Shown: one piece after another, positions 9,098-19,404 of the stretch
How positions within the stretch are numbered: position 1 is the stretch's first letter
How the letters are laid out: every line of letters starts with the position of its first letter
Virus record (IMG/VR): IMGVR_UViG_3300047157_000126
Coordinates: 17,729 to 81,728 of that record
DNA: 64,000 bases
Reading direction: 5' to 3' (one strand)
Source: a virus
Made by a program: the position numbers and the translations under genes
The notes under the pieces: model-generated
The model's database searches: none
Told to the model about the DNA's origin: nothing
The model's input: the letters and a program-made list of their open reading frames with translations, nothing else

Positions 9098-9431
9098 TCT
9101 TCTTCCTCCTTGATTACCCATCCTGTACTAAGAGAATATACCATACCTGCTTCGTGATTTTTCCTACATTCTTTTATTCCCGTACAAAACGCTTGAACAT
9201 ATCTTTGCCCTCTATCATATCTGATTAATTGGCAATAAGGGCATCTGTAACTACTCATTCTTCTTCCTCCGCAAAAATGCCTGTTGCTTTCTCATAAGCA
9301 GTATAGATGTCGTTGTCAGGATATAGATGTCGATGTGTCTCTTCTAACCAATCAATGTAAGTATGGTCTTCGTCATGTTGTTGCTGAATCCATTCAAGCG
9401 TCTGTCTAGCCTGTTGTATAATACTAGGCAT

Positions 9432-9800
9432 TTATTCTTCCTCCATCATTATACCAGTCATATTATTTTGTGTTACAAAATCTATTACCATCTTAGCATT
9501 AGTATTTTCTGTCAATCCAATCAACGCACCATAAGGTGTATTCAATGATGGTACACCGTGTATCAATATCTTCCAACTATCATCAGTATATACTGGCTCT
9601 GCTTTGATGTAGTATATTCCATTAGTAGAAGCGCTCTTCAATATAGGCTCTTGCTTTGCTAACCATTCTACAACACTATCGGGCGCTCTAAGTTTAATGG
9701 CAAAACCATAATCTCGATTTATACCAACATCACCTATACCCTGAATATGTATTCTGTTCGTTTCACTTTTCGTTCTTACTTGTATTCTTCCTTCATTCAT
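9432..9800 (-). CDS. Hypothetical protein
   Basis: Downstream of promoter motif copy 9821. Confidence 0.6.
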   Translation of the reverse strand: MNEGRIQVRTKSETNRIHIQGIGDVGINRDYGFAIKLRAPDSVVEWLAKQEPILKSASTNGIYYIKAEPVYTDDSWKILIHGVPSLNTPYGALIGLTENTNAKMVIDFVTQNNMTGIMMEEE

Positions 9801-9821
9801 TTTTATTCATCTCCTTCTTTT

Positions 9822-10565
9822 TCATTTCTTTATATAGAATCCTTCTTCTTCTTCACACAAGAAGCAAAGGTATTCTCCCTTGTCACTTATTGACACATAA
9901 TCATTGCAACCTAAGCAAGTAAAGTAACCCTTACTTTTTTCTTCTTTATCCCATTTTGTTTCCTTGAAATCATCAATCCAAAAACCAGCATTGTATTTCG
10001 ATGCTGATACTGACGGGAATAATGATTCACCCAACGGTAAATCACACATGTCAGCAACATACTGTTGTTGTTTTTCTGTCTCTACTTCGTGTACACACAT
10101 TCTCTCTCTTACCCACATGATGAGTTCGGCTGAATCCTTCCATTTCTTTTTATCATCAGGAATCAATAGATGAGCAAGGATTGCTAACTGTACCCCCGTT
10201 CTTCCATGTCCACCAACACATTGACAAGAAATAGTTTTTACATCATTATCATAGATATCCTGTATTAAATTATACCAGTCTGTTTTATCAAAACTTGTTG
10301 GTATGTTATAGTCAGGCCAATTGATAGGAATTATTACCGTCTCTGTTTTTTCGTATCTGTCTGATGTAACCCAACCATCAGGTATGTTATGAGGTGCATA
10401 TCTCAACACCACATCACTAGGCCCAATAGCAAGGTCAGGTTCGGGTGTCATTCTGTACCAACAACCATTCCTCGATGAACCCCCACCGTAGACTTTTATT
10501 CCATCTTCTGTTTCAAACACCAGTATATTACCAGTGTGGCAATTATTTTTACTCATATTGTACAT
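9822..10565 (-). CDS. PTP/dual-specificity (CX5R) phosphatase with C-terminal zinc ribbon
   Basis: WPD loop (INWPDYNIP), CVGGHGRTG P-loop, VETEKQ Q-loop; CLGC...CFLC. Confidence 0.88.
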   Translation of the reverse strand: MYNMSKNNCHTGNILVFETEDGIKVYGGGSSRNGCWYRMTPEPDLAIGPSDVVLRYAPHNIPDGWVTSDRYEKTETVIIPINWPDYNIPTSFDKTDWYNLIQDIYDNDVKTISCQCVGGHGRTGVQLAILAHLLIPDDKKKWKDSAELIMWVRERMCVHEVETEKQQQYVADMCDLPLGESLFPSVSASKYNAGFWIDDFKETKWDKEEKSKGYFTCLGCNDYVSISDKGEYLCFLCEEEEGFYIKK

Positions 10566-12611
10566 TCACTTTTCCTCCTTCTCAACAAGATATACATCAT
10601 AATCCTCTTTCTTTTCAGGTTGAGGGGAAGGTATGTCTTTAGCCCAGTTTTCTTCAGACCAGTACATTTCATGTTCTTTACAAGTGTGGCAATCAGATTC
10701 TCCACATTGAATAAAATCACTACTGTAAATACTTCCGTATTTCCCTTTTGGGTGTCTCCTATGGTCTACAATATTTAGACCGTAAAACAAATCTCTGAGT
10801 GAATCAGTTTCAGGCTCTTCAGTTTTATTTTTGTATAGGTTGTTTCTCAACCAAGTTGGTTTTGCTTCAATTATTCTTACAGCGTTAGTTAAATCATGAT
10901 GTTCTACTTTTGTATTGTGCTCTATTTTCTTTTTGTGTCTGATGTATCTGACTATTTCATACAACATAAAAGCGTCATCTATATTTGCAACACCCGTAGT
11001 CCCCATATCAAAAGACCTTTTGTTTGTGAACTTGTTGAAGAAATGACCAGTGTTGTGTTGTGCATTCTCTAATTTGTTAATAGCCACTAGTAATGGTGAT
11101 AACTTGTGATATTGTTGGTCATCATTATCAATCAGAACTTTCTCTAAGATGTTTAACCAAACAGCACACTCTTTACCAAGGTCACAAGTTTCTGCATATT
11201 TCGTACCACCATATGATGATTCCCATCCTACTCTAAAACTAATTCTACAAAAATCTAAAATATCAGCAACTTGACTCCAATCAAAAGTACCTATCTCTGC
11301 TGGAAGATAGTAATGCTTCCTAGTTTCTGTCACCCCGTTATCTGATGAATCCATCACAAACAAGTTATCTTTTCCAATTACATGATGGAGAAAAACAGAA
11401 TGGGTAATTGTTGCATTATTTTTCCTACGATTTGCATGTCTCATCTCTCCAACAGATATTGAAAACGTAGCCTTGACAATCCAAGCAGCAAATATACCAG
11501 CAAAGAATGCAACTTCTTTTGGATTCTGTAAAGGTCTTGCCTGAAACTGATGAAAGTATGTAGCCAACCAACTGAATTGTTTACAGTAGAACTTGTTACC
11601 AAAATCTACACCTTCCATAAACTCAGTAAAATAATCTGCTGGATTGTATGGATTGGGTTTGAAATTACCATCTTGGTCTTTTACAACCCAACCATTAGCG
11701 GGTTCTACCCAACGCTCACCAACTTCTACATTACCCACAATGTAAGGTACTTTAGCACCTCTACAATGTGCTGCTATGTGAGATAACAATGAGCCATTTG
11801 GTTCTGCTACAACGAAACCTTCAGGACATTTTTCAGGAGTTATGTTCTCTTCTAACCACTGCATATTTTCTAAACCGTTTGCTGTGTATAAATTGTTTAC
11901 AACAACTACCCCATCAGTAATAAAACCGTTTATGTCTACACCCTTTGGTGGTGGTTCTATCTGAATATGTTCACCCGCTTTTCTAACCTGAGTAAAAAAT
12001 GTTTTACTAACACCATCGAAATCATTTGTGTGATGTAAAATAGGCACATCAATGACAGGTACATCTTTAGTAAATCGTGTTGAAACTAATTCAATCTCAT
12101 AATTATCATTGTCATAAACAGCATTGGTGTTACCAAGTCTGTACATTAAATCTTTCACAAATGTGCTGTGTAAATCTAAAGTAATAGTTTCACCATGCCC
12201 TGCTGTGATACCATCTGTCCCTCTTCCAATAATAATGTACCTTTGGCTGGGGGAAAGAACCGCACTAGCATGAGCATCTAATAATTGTTGTATAACAAAA
12301 CAACCATCAGGTTCATGTTCACGCATGATTCTCTGCATTTTCCAAGCCTCATTGAGAAAGTTGTGCATGTCAATTTTTGTAGAATCTATCACACCGTGTC
12401 TAGGTGTAACTGGACAAGTCCTCACAAAAACCTCTCTGTCATTATATCCACTTTTCTTTCTCCATGTTGATAGAGCATGTGGTAATTCCTCGATAGTACT
12501 AACCATTGATGTTGGTGTTTTTCTACCTGCTGTCTGTAAATCCAAAATACCAATAGCCTTTTGACTTCTGATACTACTTTTTCTTATATTATTCCATTCT
12601 CTTATTGTCAT
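10566..12611 (-). CDS. PEP-utilising enzyme-like (PPDK/PEP synthase/RPH-type) phosphotransferase with an extra C-terminal domain
   Basis: ATP-grasp-like N-region (VFVRTCP, VIQQLL, GRGTDGITAG) and phospho-His swivel motif GSLLSHIAAHCRGAKVPYIVG; C-domain has W..SYGG..Y and HNTG..FNK. Confidence 0.7.
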   Translation of the reverse strand: MTIREWNNIRKSSIRSQKAIGILDLQTAGRKTPTSMVSTIEELPHALSTWRKKSGYNDREVFVRTCPVTPRHGVIDSTKIDMHNFLNEAWKMQRIMREHEPDGCFVIQQLLDAHASAVLSPSQRYIIIGRGTDGITAGHGETITLDLHSTFVKDLMYRLGNTNAVYDNDNYEIELVSTRFTKDVPVIDVPILHHTNDFDGVSKTFFTQVRKAGEHIQIEPPPKGVDINGFITDGVVVVNNLYTANGLENMQWLEENITPEKCPEGFVVAEPNGSLLSHIAAHCRGAKVPYIVGNVEVGERWVEPANGWVVKDQDGNFKPNPYNPADYFTEFMEGVDFGNKFYCKQFSWLATYFHQFQARPLQNPKEVAFFAGIFAAWIVKATFSISVGEMRHANRRKNNATITHSVFLHHVIGKDNLFVMDSSDNGVTETRKHYYLPAEIGTFDWSQVADILDFCRISFRVGWESSYGGTKYAETCDLGKECAVWLNILEKVLIDNDDQQYHKLSPLLVAINKLENAQHNTGHFFNKFTNKRSFDMGTTGVANIDDAFMLYEIVRYIRHKKKIEHNTKVEHHDLTNAVRIIEAKPTWLRNNLYKNKTEEPETDSLRDLFYGLNIVDHRRHPKGKYGSIYSSDFIQCGESDCHTCKEHEMYWSEENWAKDIPSPQPEKKEDYDVYLVEKEEK

Positions 12612-12902
12612 TCATAATTCCTCCCACCATTTACCTTCGAAATCTTCCTCTGTCCAACCTTTCCATATCATCAAAGGCGCTTTAATATCTATCTCGAATG
12701 TCTCATCACCCCTTTCAAAAGGCGCATCATCCCAATGTATAGCATGGAATAGTTGTTTTCTTTGTTTATGTAACAACTTCAACTCTTCATAAAAGTTCAT
12801 ATTAGTAACTTCTAAAGTGGTAATTCTTTCTCTTAATTCTTCATTCTCTTCTTGTAGTCTTTCAAGCATTGTTATTGTATCTTCATTTGTTCCTTCTTTC
12901 AT
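12612..12902 (-). CDS. Hypothetical coiled-coil protein
   Basis: Heptad pattern LERLQEENEELRERITTLE. Confidence 0.55.
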   Translation of the reverse strand: MKEGTNEDTITMLERLQEENEELRERITTLEVTNMNFYEELKLLHKQRKQLFHAIHWDDAPFERGDETFEIDIKAPLMIWKGWTEEDFEGKWWEEL

Positions 12903-13114
12903 TCACTCTTCCTCCATTGTTGCCGGATATTTACTAAACAGTTCATTCCATAAACTGTGTACGTTATCAGGTGTCCAATTGTTGCACATAAACTCATCAA
13001 ACTCACCTATAATTTTCTTGTATCTTTCATATCTAAATGCCATTTCTCTTACTGTTAATTTTTCTTCATTCATTTTGGTTCATCTCCTTATTCTTCATTT
13101 CTTTATATAGAATC

Positions 13115-15175
13115 TTAGTTTTTCCCTAATAATTCTAACATTTGAGCAGGTATCTCTCCCGCATCAATCATCTCATTTAGTATAGATGATGCAATACCCT
13201 TACGGGCTTCTATGTCCCCACCATCTAATACGCTCTTGGTAACTTCTCTTTTCTCTTCTATCAATCTGTGGAAGCGCTCATCAATTGTTCCTTTCACTGA
13301 CAGATATACTGCATGAACTGTTTGTGCATCCTGTCCAATTCTATTGATTCTATCTTCTGCTTGTTCTTCCCAAGCACTCACCCATTGCCGTTCTACAAAC
13401 ACAACTGTGTCAGCAGCAGTCAATGTCAGACCTTCTTTCGCAGCCATACTACAAATCAAAATATCATACTGATTGTCTTGGAATCCATCGGCTATCAGTT
13501 GCCTCTTTTTAGTTGGTGTGTCTCCCTTTATTGTGGCTACTCTTAATGAATTAAAACCGTCTTCTAAATTAGCAATGACATCCTTGTGGTGTGCGAAAAT
13601 CAGAATTGGTTTTTCATTTTGTGATTTATAATTCAATACCCAATCAACAGTAGGTTTTACTTTCATAAGACCACATTCGTGTCTCAAATCTGTAAGCATG
13701 TTCAACATGAATCCCGCAGGTAGTGAGCCTCCTCTACTCTTGATAGATTGGTATTCATCAACCCACCTTCTTTGATTATTCTTGTAGTGGTTGTATTCCT
13801 TATCAGTTGGTTTCACAAACAACGGTTGTCTTATCTTGTTAGGTAATTCATCCATAACTTCTTTCTTCAACCTACGGATTGTAAAGTCTCTAGTTATGTT
13901 GTGAAGTTCTTTTTCATTAGAAGACCCTCCTGTATTCCAACCAAAACCATCGTGGTAAGCATCAGCATATCTCTTTACAAACTTCATCCAACTAGAGAAC
14001 TGTGCGCTTCTGATTAGATTTAGTGTAGTAAAATACTCCTCTGGTCTATTTGTAATCGCTGTACCACTCAAACATATTACCCCTTCGGTTTCTTTTGCTA
14101 TTTCCAATGTGGCTTTAGTTCTCTTGGTCCTTACATTCTTAAGGTAATGTGATTCATCAATGATTGAAAGATTAAAACCAATCTTTTGTAATTGTTCCTT
14201 CCTCTTATACATCAAATCATAATTAATAACAACGAAGTCTGCTTCTTCAATATCTCCTTTCCAACCATTTACCACAGTGGTTTTACAATTTGGAAGCCAT
14301 CTTCTAATCTCATTGTACCAATTGTATTTCACTCCAGCAGGACATACAACTAGGACAGGCCATTGCTCTTGATGAAGGGCAGCATAACCAATTGCTTGAA
14401 CTGTTTTCCCAAGGCCCATATCATCACCAATCAAACATCTTCCTCCCGCCAATTCAGCAAATCTTACACCAACATATTGAAAGGGAAACAACTCTAAACC
14501 GTCAGCAAACATACCATCGAGTCTTTCTTTCATTTCTTTTACAACTTCTTTGTCATCAAGTTCTGGTGCATCGGAAATAGCAATTCTCTTCGCTAGACCT
14601 TCCATCCACTCACTAACTTCAGGAAGTGTTTCAATTGCTTCTTTCAATGGGTCATAGACACCTTCTAGTTGGGCAACAAGTAAACCTGCTTCAGCAATAG
14701 GAATCCTCCAAACTTTCTTCTTTGCATCCCAAGCCCTATTAGGTATATTCTTGACTGTATTTCTAACAGTATCACGAAGTTCAACATCAGAAAGCCAAGG
14801 CCAATTCAATTCAATTTCACCTTTGACAACTTCTGCTGATACAGTTTTATTACTGTTGTAGTTTTTAACTGGTATTGAAGAAATCATTGCTGATAATTGA
14901 CTCACATCAAAGTGTGGCGCAAGAACTTCAATGGCTTTCAGTACAACGTTTTTGTCATATCTGATAGACCATTTACCATCGGTGTATTTTAGATTATAAT
15001 ACCCATCAAGTAGTCTCATCTCACTCTTTAGTTCCGCTTGAACGTTAGGTAGGTAAGGCATATCTAACTGTATACGTTTACTCGGTATTGGGTATTTTCT
15101 ATTTGGGTCATCTTTCTTGTACCAATACTCAGTCATGATAGTGGTTTGTAGTATTCCTCGCATCATCTTTACCAC
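13115..15175 (-). CDS. SNF2-family (SMARCAL1/HARP-like) helicase/translocase
   Basis: LFPFQ, GDDMGLGKT, DESH, LSGT, RRLK, EGLTL, QAEDRINRIGQ; N-terminal HARP-like WDAKKKVW motif. Confidence 0.92.
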   Translation of the reverse strand: MVKMMRGILQTTIMTEYWYKKDDPNRKYPIPSKRIQLDMPYLPNVQAELKSEMRLLDGYYNLKYTDGKWSIRYDKNVVLKAIEVLAPHFDVSQLSAMISSIPVKNYNSNKTVSAEVVKGEIELNWPWLSDVELRDTVRNTVKNIPNRAWDAKKKVWRIPIAEAGLLVAQLEGVYDPLKEAIETLPEVSEWMEGLAKRIAISDAPELDDKEVVKEMKERLDGMFADGLELFPFQYVGVRFAELAGGRCLIGDDMGLGKTVQAIGYAALHQEQWPVLVVCPAGVKYNWYNEIRRWLPNCKTTVVNGWKGDIEEADFVVINYDLMYKRKEQLQKIGFNLSIIDESHYLKNVRTKRTKATLEIAKETEGVICLSGTAITNRPEEYFTTLNLIRSAQFSSWMKFVKRYADAYHDGFGWNTGGSSNEKELHNITRDFTIRRLKKEVMDELPNKIRQPLFVKPTDKEYNHYKNNQRRWVDEYQSIKSRGGSLPAGFMLNMLTDLRHECGLMKVKPTVDWVLNYKSQNEKPILIFAHHKDVIANLEDGFNSLRVATIKGDTPTKKRQLIADGFQDNQYDILICSMAAKEGLTLTAADTVVFVERQWVSAWEEQAEDRINRIGQDAQTVHAVYLSVKGTIDERFHRLIEEKREVTKSVLDGGDIEARKGIASSILNEMIDAGEIPAQMLELLGKN

Positions 15176-15822
15176 CCATCATCACAACATGAGTTACGAC
15201 AATCAAGACAGACCATATTCCCACAACAGTCTGCTTCTTCGGCATTTCCAAAACCTTGATTTGGTGCGTCATCTGATGCTGCCTCCATTTTGTAATCACC
15301 TTCAGTCCCACCACAATTGGTAAATGCTATCTTAATTTCCCACTCAGGAACTTCATAAAAAACGGTATATATCTTATAGAAATCTTCCCTAGAAATATTT
15401 TGTCTGTGTTCTTCTGGTAATCTGTTACGGTTCTGATATACTTCTCCAGTTAATTTGTTACGGTATTTATCAGTCAGAAAAGCCTCAATCGCAAACATTC
15501 TCTCTTCACTAAACTCGCTATCTGTATTTCTAGTTGCTTCCCAAAAACTAGAAGGGTCTTTTTCCAAGTCTTGTCCTTCCATACTCTCACACTTCTCAGG
15601 AAAGTTAGCCCTTGCTTGCCACGCATACAAGTCTACTCCACCTATCTCACCATAGTCATCGTAAGTATCTATGATGTGGTTACCGTCAGGCATGTAGGCT
15701 ATTGCCTCTCCACCATCTTGTAATCTCTTGTTACAAGAATGACATTCACCTTCATAAGTGTTATATTGAGGGCTTACTTCTAAGCCACAACCACAATTAC
15801 ACATCCATGCAAAACTACCCAT
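15169..15822 (-). CDS. Cys-rich hypothetical protein
   Basis: MGSFAWMCNCGC..., YDDYGE motif, C-terminal Cys cluster. Confidence 0.6.
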   Translation of the reverse strand: MGSFAWMCNCGCGLEVSPQYNTYEGECHSCNKRLQDGGEAIAYMPDGNHIIDTYDDYGEIGGVDLYAWQARANFPEKCESMEGQDLEKDPSSFWEATRNTDSEFSEERMFAIEAFLTDKYRNKLTGEVYQNRNRLPEEHRQNISREDFYKIYTVFYEVPEWEIKIAFTNCGGTEGDYKMEAASDDAPNQGFGNAEEADCCGNMVCLDCRNSCCDDGW

Positions 15823-16041
15823 TCACTCATCACCTCTACTGTATTCCAATAGTGCATCACCGTCATCACCAGCATACTCCATGAGTATTTTGTATGAACA
15901 ATTTAATTTGTGATACGCTTCTAACGCCTTGTCTTTATCGTCAAACTTTTCAAAGTCATCAAAGACACCCAATGGTGGTTCTGTTTTTTCATACCAAATG
16001 TGTAATTCATACACAGTTTTTGTTTCACTTAAGTCAATCAT
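15823..16041 (-). CDS. Hypothetical protein
   Basis: Coupled ORF starting MID. Confidence 0.5.
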   Translation of the reverse strand: MIDLSETKTVYELHIWYEKTEPPLGVFDDFEKFDDKDKALEAYHKLNCSYKILMEYAGDDGDALLEYSRGDE

Positions 16042-16331
16042 TCGTAAATCATCTCCTTGACTTCATCCTCATCCTTGTCCAAGTGATACATCACCCAGTG
16101 CAATAGAGCAGTGTGGTAGTCCTGCAACTCCTTGTATGCTTCAAGGAGAAGTGGTGCGTCTTGAATCAGATTCGTGGTAGCATTTGCTCGCTCTGTGTCT
16201 GCATTCAGTTGATTGGAATCAGTTACCCAAAACATATCATAGTCACTAGGAACTGCATCATCAGTATTCCACAATTCAACTGACGACTCATGGTAAGTAT
16301 AGTGTCCTTCGTATTTGTCTGTGTCAATCAT
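16038..16331 (-). CDS. Hypothetical protein (MIDTD family)
   Basis: MIDTDKYEGH...LIQDAPLLL; shares ATGATTGACACAGAC with the gene starting at 18940. Confidence 0.6.
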   Translation of the reverse strand: MIDTDKYEGHYTYHESSVELWNTDDAVPSDYDMFWVTDSNQLNADTERANATTNLIQDAPLLLEAYKELQDYHTALLHWVMYHLDKDEDEVKEMIYE

Positions 16332-17398
16332 TCAAAATCACTCGCTGGTACTAAATATTCTTCAAACACTTCACTATCTTCTTCGTCTTTCATTTCCATG
16401 AATTGCTCTGCAAGTCTCCAAGCATCTTTCTTACGCCTTGCTAATTCACCAAACAGAACTGACTCTTGTCTCTTGAGAGACTTCTTACCATCTTTGAGTG
16501 TAGTAAATCGGTGGTCAATTGCTTCTGTAATAATATTGTATGCTTGCCAAAGAGTACCGGACATTCTACCAACATTGTTGGAAGCCTCGTAAAGTAACTC
16601 TTCAACTTCTTTCAGTTTGTTTTCACCACGTGTATGTAATTTACCATCTTCATCTCTCTTTAGTTTGAGAGTGTCAGCCCAGTAAAGCCTCATGTCCTCT
16701 ATTTCCATTGGGGTATTTAGCATGTCATCAGCCATCTCGCCCCACTCAAAGAACTCTTGGTTAATCATACCAAGTGTCTCACGAACTTCATCTACATGGT
16801 CAAACATTTTTCCTGTGTGTCTAATGTTGTGTCCAACCCCACCTCTGTTCAAAGCCCAAGTCAAAGTGTTGTTACAAACCACACGAACTGGAGTTTGTAA
16901 AATCTTAACTGCTCCAGTTCCGTCATGTGTATTACTAATTAGAATGAACTGCTGAACTTCATCAACACCGTCAAGAATAATACTATTCGGCATCTTTGCT
17001 AGAATCCATACACGTTCCCCATTACCTAGTGCCCCACACACTTCTATCTTCGCTTCTTGGTTTTGGAATATCTCATCCATAAGAGCAAAAGCGTCTACAT
17101 TTTGAAGCGCTGTCCATACTCTACCAACTGCTTTACCTTTGCGAGTTAATGGAATCATGTTACCTTCCAAGTCATCTCTGAATACACCAAATGTATCAGG
17201 TACTCTAACTGGGTTACCTTCTTCATCCATTGCATACAATGGTTCTTTTCGTACTGTCCAATCTAGGTGTGCCATTTCCAAGGCTTCGACTGAAGTCATC
17301 AGACCAGAAGCCTGTTGTCCCAACCCATGCCAAGGAGTATCACCACTCCATGCTGTCATATAATTTCCTGTCGTCGTTTGTGCTATTTCGTGTGCCAT
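16328..17398 (-). CDS. DUF932 / TIGR03299-like phage-plasmid protein
   Basis: MAHEI...TPWHGLG, QNVDAF, GALGNGERVW, NTHDG, TPVRVVCNNT, RHT, GTLWQAYN. Confidence 0.85.
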   Translation of the reverse strand: MAHEIAQTTTGNYMTAWSGDTPWHGLGQQASGLMTSVEALEMAHLDWTVRKEPLYAMDEEGNPVRVPDTFGVFRDDLEGNMIPLTRKGKAVGRVWTALQNVDAFALMDEIFQNQEAKIEVCGALGNGERVWILAKMPNSIILDGVDEVQQFILISNTHDGTGAVKILQTPVRVVCNNTLTWALNRGGVGHNIRHTGKMFDHVDEVRETLGMINQEFFEWGEMADDMLNTPMEIEDMRLYWADTLKLKRDEDGKLHTRGENKLKEVEELLYEASNNVGRMSGTLWQAYNIITEAIDHRFTTLKDGKKSLKRQESVLFGELARRKKDAWRLAEQFMEMKDEEDSEVFEEYLVPASDFE

Positions 17399-17400
17399 AT

Positions 17401-17595
17401 TTATTCATCTCCTGTTGTTTTTATTTTTCCTGTTATTTCATCTAAGTACAGTTTACCAATTGTTGTGGTAAAAATTGTACCGTTCATCATGTGAATGTCC
17501 ATTGTTTCGTTATCATAGTTATATGTAAACGCCACAATAGCATCCAAATCCATCGTTGTTATTCCTGTTTTTGTATTTACTTTTTCATATCTCAT
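17401..17595 (-). CDS. Small hypothetical protein
   Basis: Directly downstream of promoter motif copy 17616. Confidence 0.55.
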   Translation of the reverse strand: MRYEKVNTKTGITTMDLDAIVAFTYNYDNETMDIHMMNGTIFTTTIGKLYLDEITGKIKTTGDE

Positions 17596-17887
17596 TTTGG
17601 CTCATCTCCTTATTCTTCATTTCTTTATATAGAATCTTCATTCTTGGTTCTCCATCAACGGATAGAAGGAGAAGGAGATACACACCATACTCATAGCCAT
17701 CTTGGTAGTATTTCCAAAGATACTCACTTCCATCACCTAATTCATCTGCTATAATAGCAGACTGTAAATATTCATCAGCATGAACCATTCCTTGTTCTAT
17801 AAGACCATCCTCTACACCGCGTTTGAATGCTTGAATGATGTCCTTTCTACTTTGTATAATTGAGTCAATCATTCTTGAGTCAATCAT
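17585..17887 (-). CDS. Hypothetical protein (YxxGY repeat-like)
   Basis: AFKRGVEDG...YYQDGYEYG; the 3' part reads through the promoter motif. Confidence 0.5.
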   Translation of the reverse strand: MIDSRMIDSIIQSRKDIIQAFKRGVEDGLIEQGMVHADEYLQSAIIADELGDGSEYLWKYYQDGYEYGVYLLLLLSVDGEPRMKILYKEMKNKEMSQNEI

Positions 17888-18162
17888 TCTTCTTCCTCCT
17901 TTTCATATCCCACAATCTTACTATTCATGTCTATAACCACATCTAACAATGAGATTTTTTTGTCGCTACCTCTTTCATAATTACCCGACAAAAGGAATAG
18001 TTCTCTTCTCGCTTGTTCGAGGTCAATATTTACGCTGTCACTACCGTAAATAATCACATTCTTTAGTGCTTTAATGTAACCATTATACCACTCTATCTGT
18101 TCTTTCTCTGTTAGTTCCTTCCACCATGTAGGTTTAGGGCCGGGTTCATATGCATAACTCAT
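17884..18162 (-). CDS. Hypothetical protein
   Basis: Coupled ORF ending in EEEE. Confidence 0.55.
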   Translation of the reverse strand: MSYAYEPGPKPTWWKELTEKEQIEWYNGYIKALKNVIIYGSDSVNIDLEQARRELFLLSGNYERGSDKKISLLDVVIDMNSKIVGYEKEEEE

Positions 18163-18740
18163 TCTTCCATCTCCTCTTCGGTTTTGAAAACAAGTTGAAC
18201 TGTTTTATCTGTTTCTTTAATGTCTAAATATTTGTCTGCTATAATGTAACCTTCACCATAGAAATGGTCTGGTATGTAATTGAAAACCCAAGAGTACGGT
18301 AGTCTAGCACCTTGAGCACGGCTCAAGTAATCATTACCATGGTGTTGTTCAATCATTTGTACAAACTTATCTTCAGCAAAGAAAGCATTCTTCACTACAT
18401 CGTATTCAATCTTATCATCTATATCTTGTAGTCGCCCAACTAAATCTCTAGTTTTCAACGCTGCCTGTCTTGCAATAAACTCTCTTGTTGTTTCGTTAGC
18501 AACATTGCTACTCCATCCAGTATCGGCCATTTTCTGCACAAACTCTTCAGAAATCTTCCAACCAACTTCGTTGAAACGCAGGGTTGCTTCCTTTACTGAA
18601 ATAAAACGGGAGTAGTTTTTATTTGCTATTCTGCCTACACCACTAGCCATTGAAACCACTGCTACATTCCAACTGTGTATCTGTTGCCATTCATCTTCTG
18701 TCCATTCATCTTTATTTTTTACTGTTATATTCAAACTCAT
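18159..18740 (-). CDS. Hypothetical protein
   Basis: Coupled ORF. Confidence 0.6.
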   Translation of the reverse strand: MSLNITVKNKDEWTEDEWQQIHSWNVAVVSMASGVGRIANKNYSRFISVKEATLRFNEVGWKISEEFVQKMADTGWSSNVANETTREFIARQAALKTRDLVGRLQDIDDKIEYDVVKNAFFAEDKFVQMIEQHHGNDYLSRAQGARLPYSWVFNYIPDHFYGEGYIIADKYLDIKETDKTVQLVFKTEEEMEE

Positions 18741-18940
18741 TCTTCTTCATCTCCATAATTTTCTTTCATCCATGCCGCCTCAAGTTTCCGCAACCGCTTG
18801 ACTTCTGCGAGCAGGTCATTCAATCCCTTTTTCTGTTCGCTCCAATCATCGCCGTATTGCTCATTATTTTCTAAGAACGCTACTACTTCCCCTACTACAT
18901 GCCAATTGAGAAACTTATCGTGGCTGTCTGTGTCAATCAT
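18737..18940 (-). CDS. Hypothetical protein (MIDTD family)
   Basis: MIDTD...DLLAEVKRLRK. Confidence 0.55.
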   Translation of the reverse strand: MIDTDSHDKFLNWHVVGEVVAFLENNEQYGDDWSEQKKGLNDLLAEVKRLRKLEAAWMKENYGDEEE

Positions 18941-19212
18941 TCCTCTTCCACCTCTTCAATTTCTACGTGTTCAGCATTGAATAAAGCGTCGTTGTATGGC
19001 TTCCCAAACAATTCATGTGTTACCCATAGTTGTTCTTCAAGTTCTTCAGCGTCTTCTGCCAAACACGTTATCGTTCCTTCGTATGTTACTCTTACCTCAT
19101 ATGTTTTTTCTTTCATTCTTCTTCCTCCTGTGTTCTGTTTGTTTTGTTTTCATTCATTCTTCGTGCTTTATATTTCATATTATATCTCGCTTTTCTTGCT
19201 GCATTTTGTCTT

Positions 19213-19404
19213 TTATTCGGCATAGCCTTCACCTCTCTCTTCTTCATCTAAATAATACATAGCATACTCTGGGTACTCTCTCAGTATCTCAACAACAGTA
19301 TCGTGGTTGGAATTATATTCTTCACCATCAGTATATCTCGCTGTAAAATACGCCCGTATTATTGTGTCCATTTCATCATTAGTCATCATTTCTGCATCTC
19401 TCAT
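19213..19404 (-). CDS. Small acidic hypothetical protein
   Basis: Coupled ORF. Confidence 0.5.
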   Translation of the reverse strand: MRDAEMMTNDEMDTIIRAYFTARYTDGEEYNSNHDTVVEILREYPEYAMYYLDEEERGEGYAE

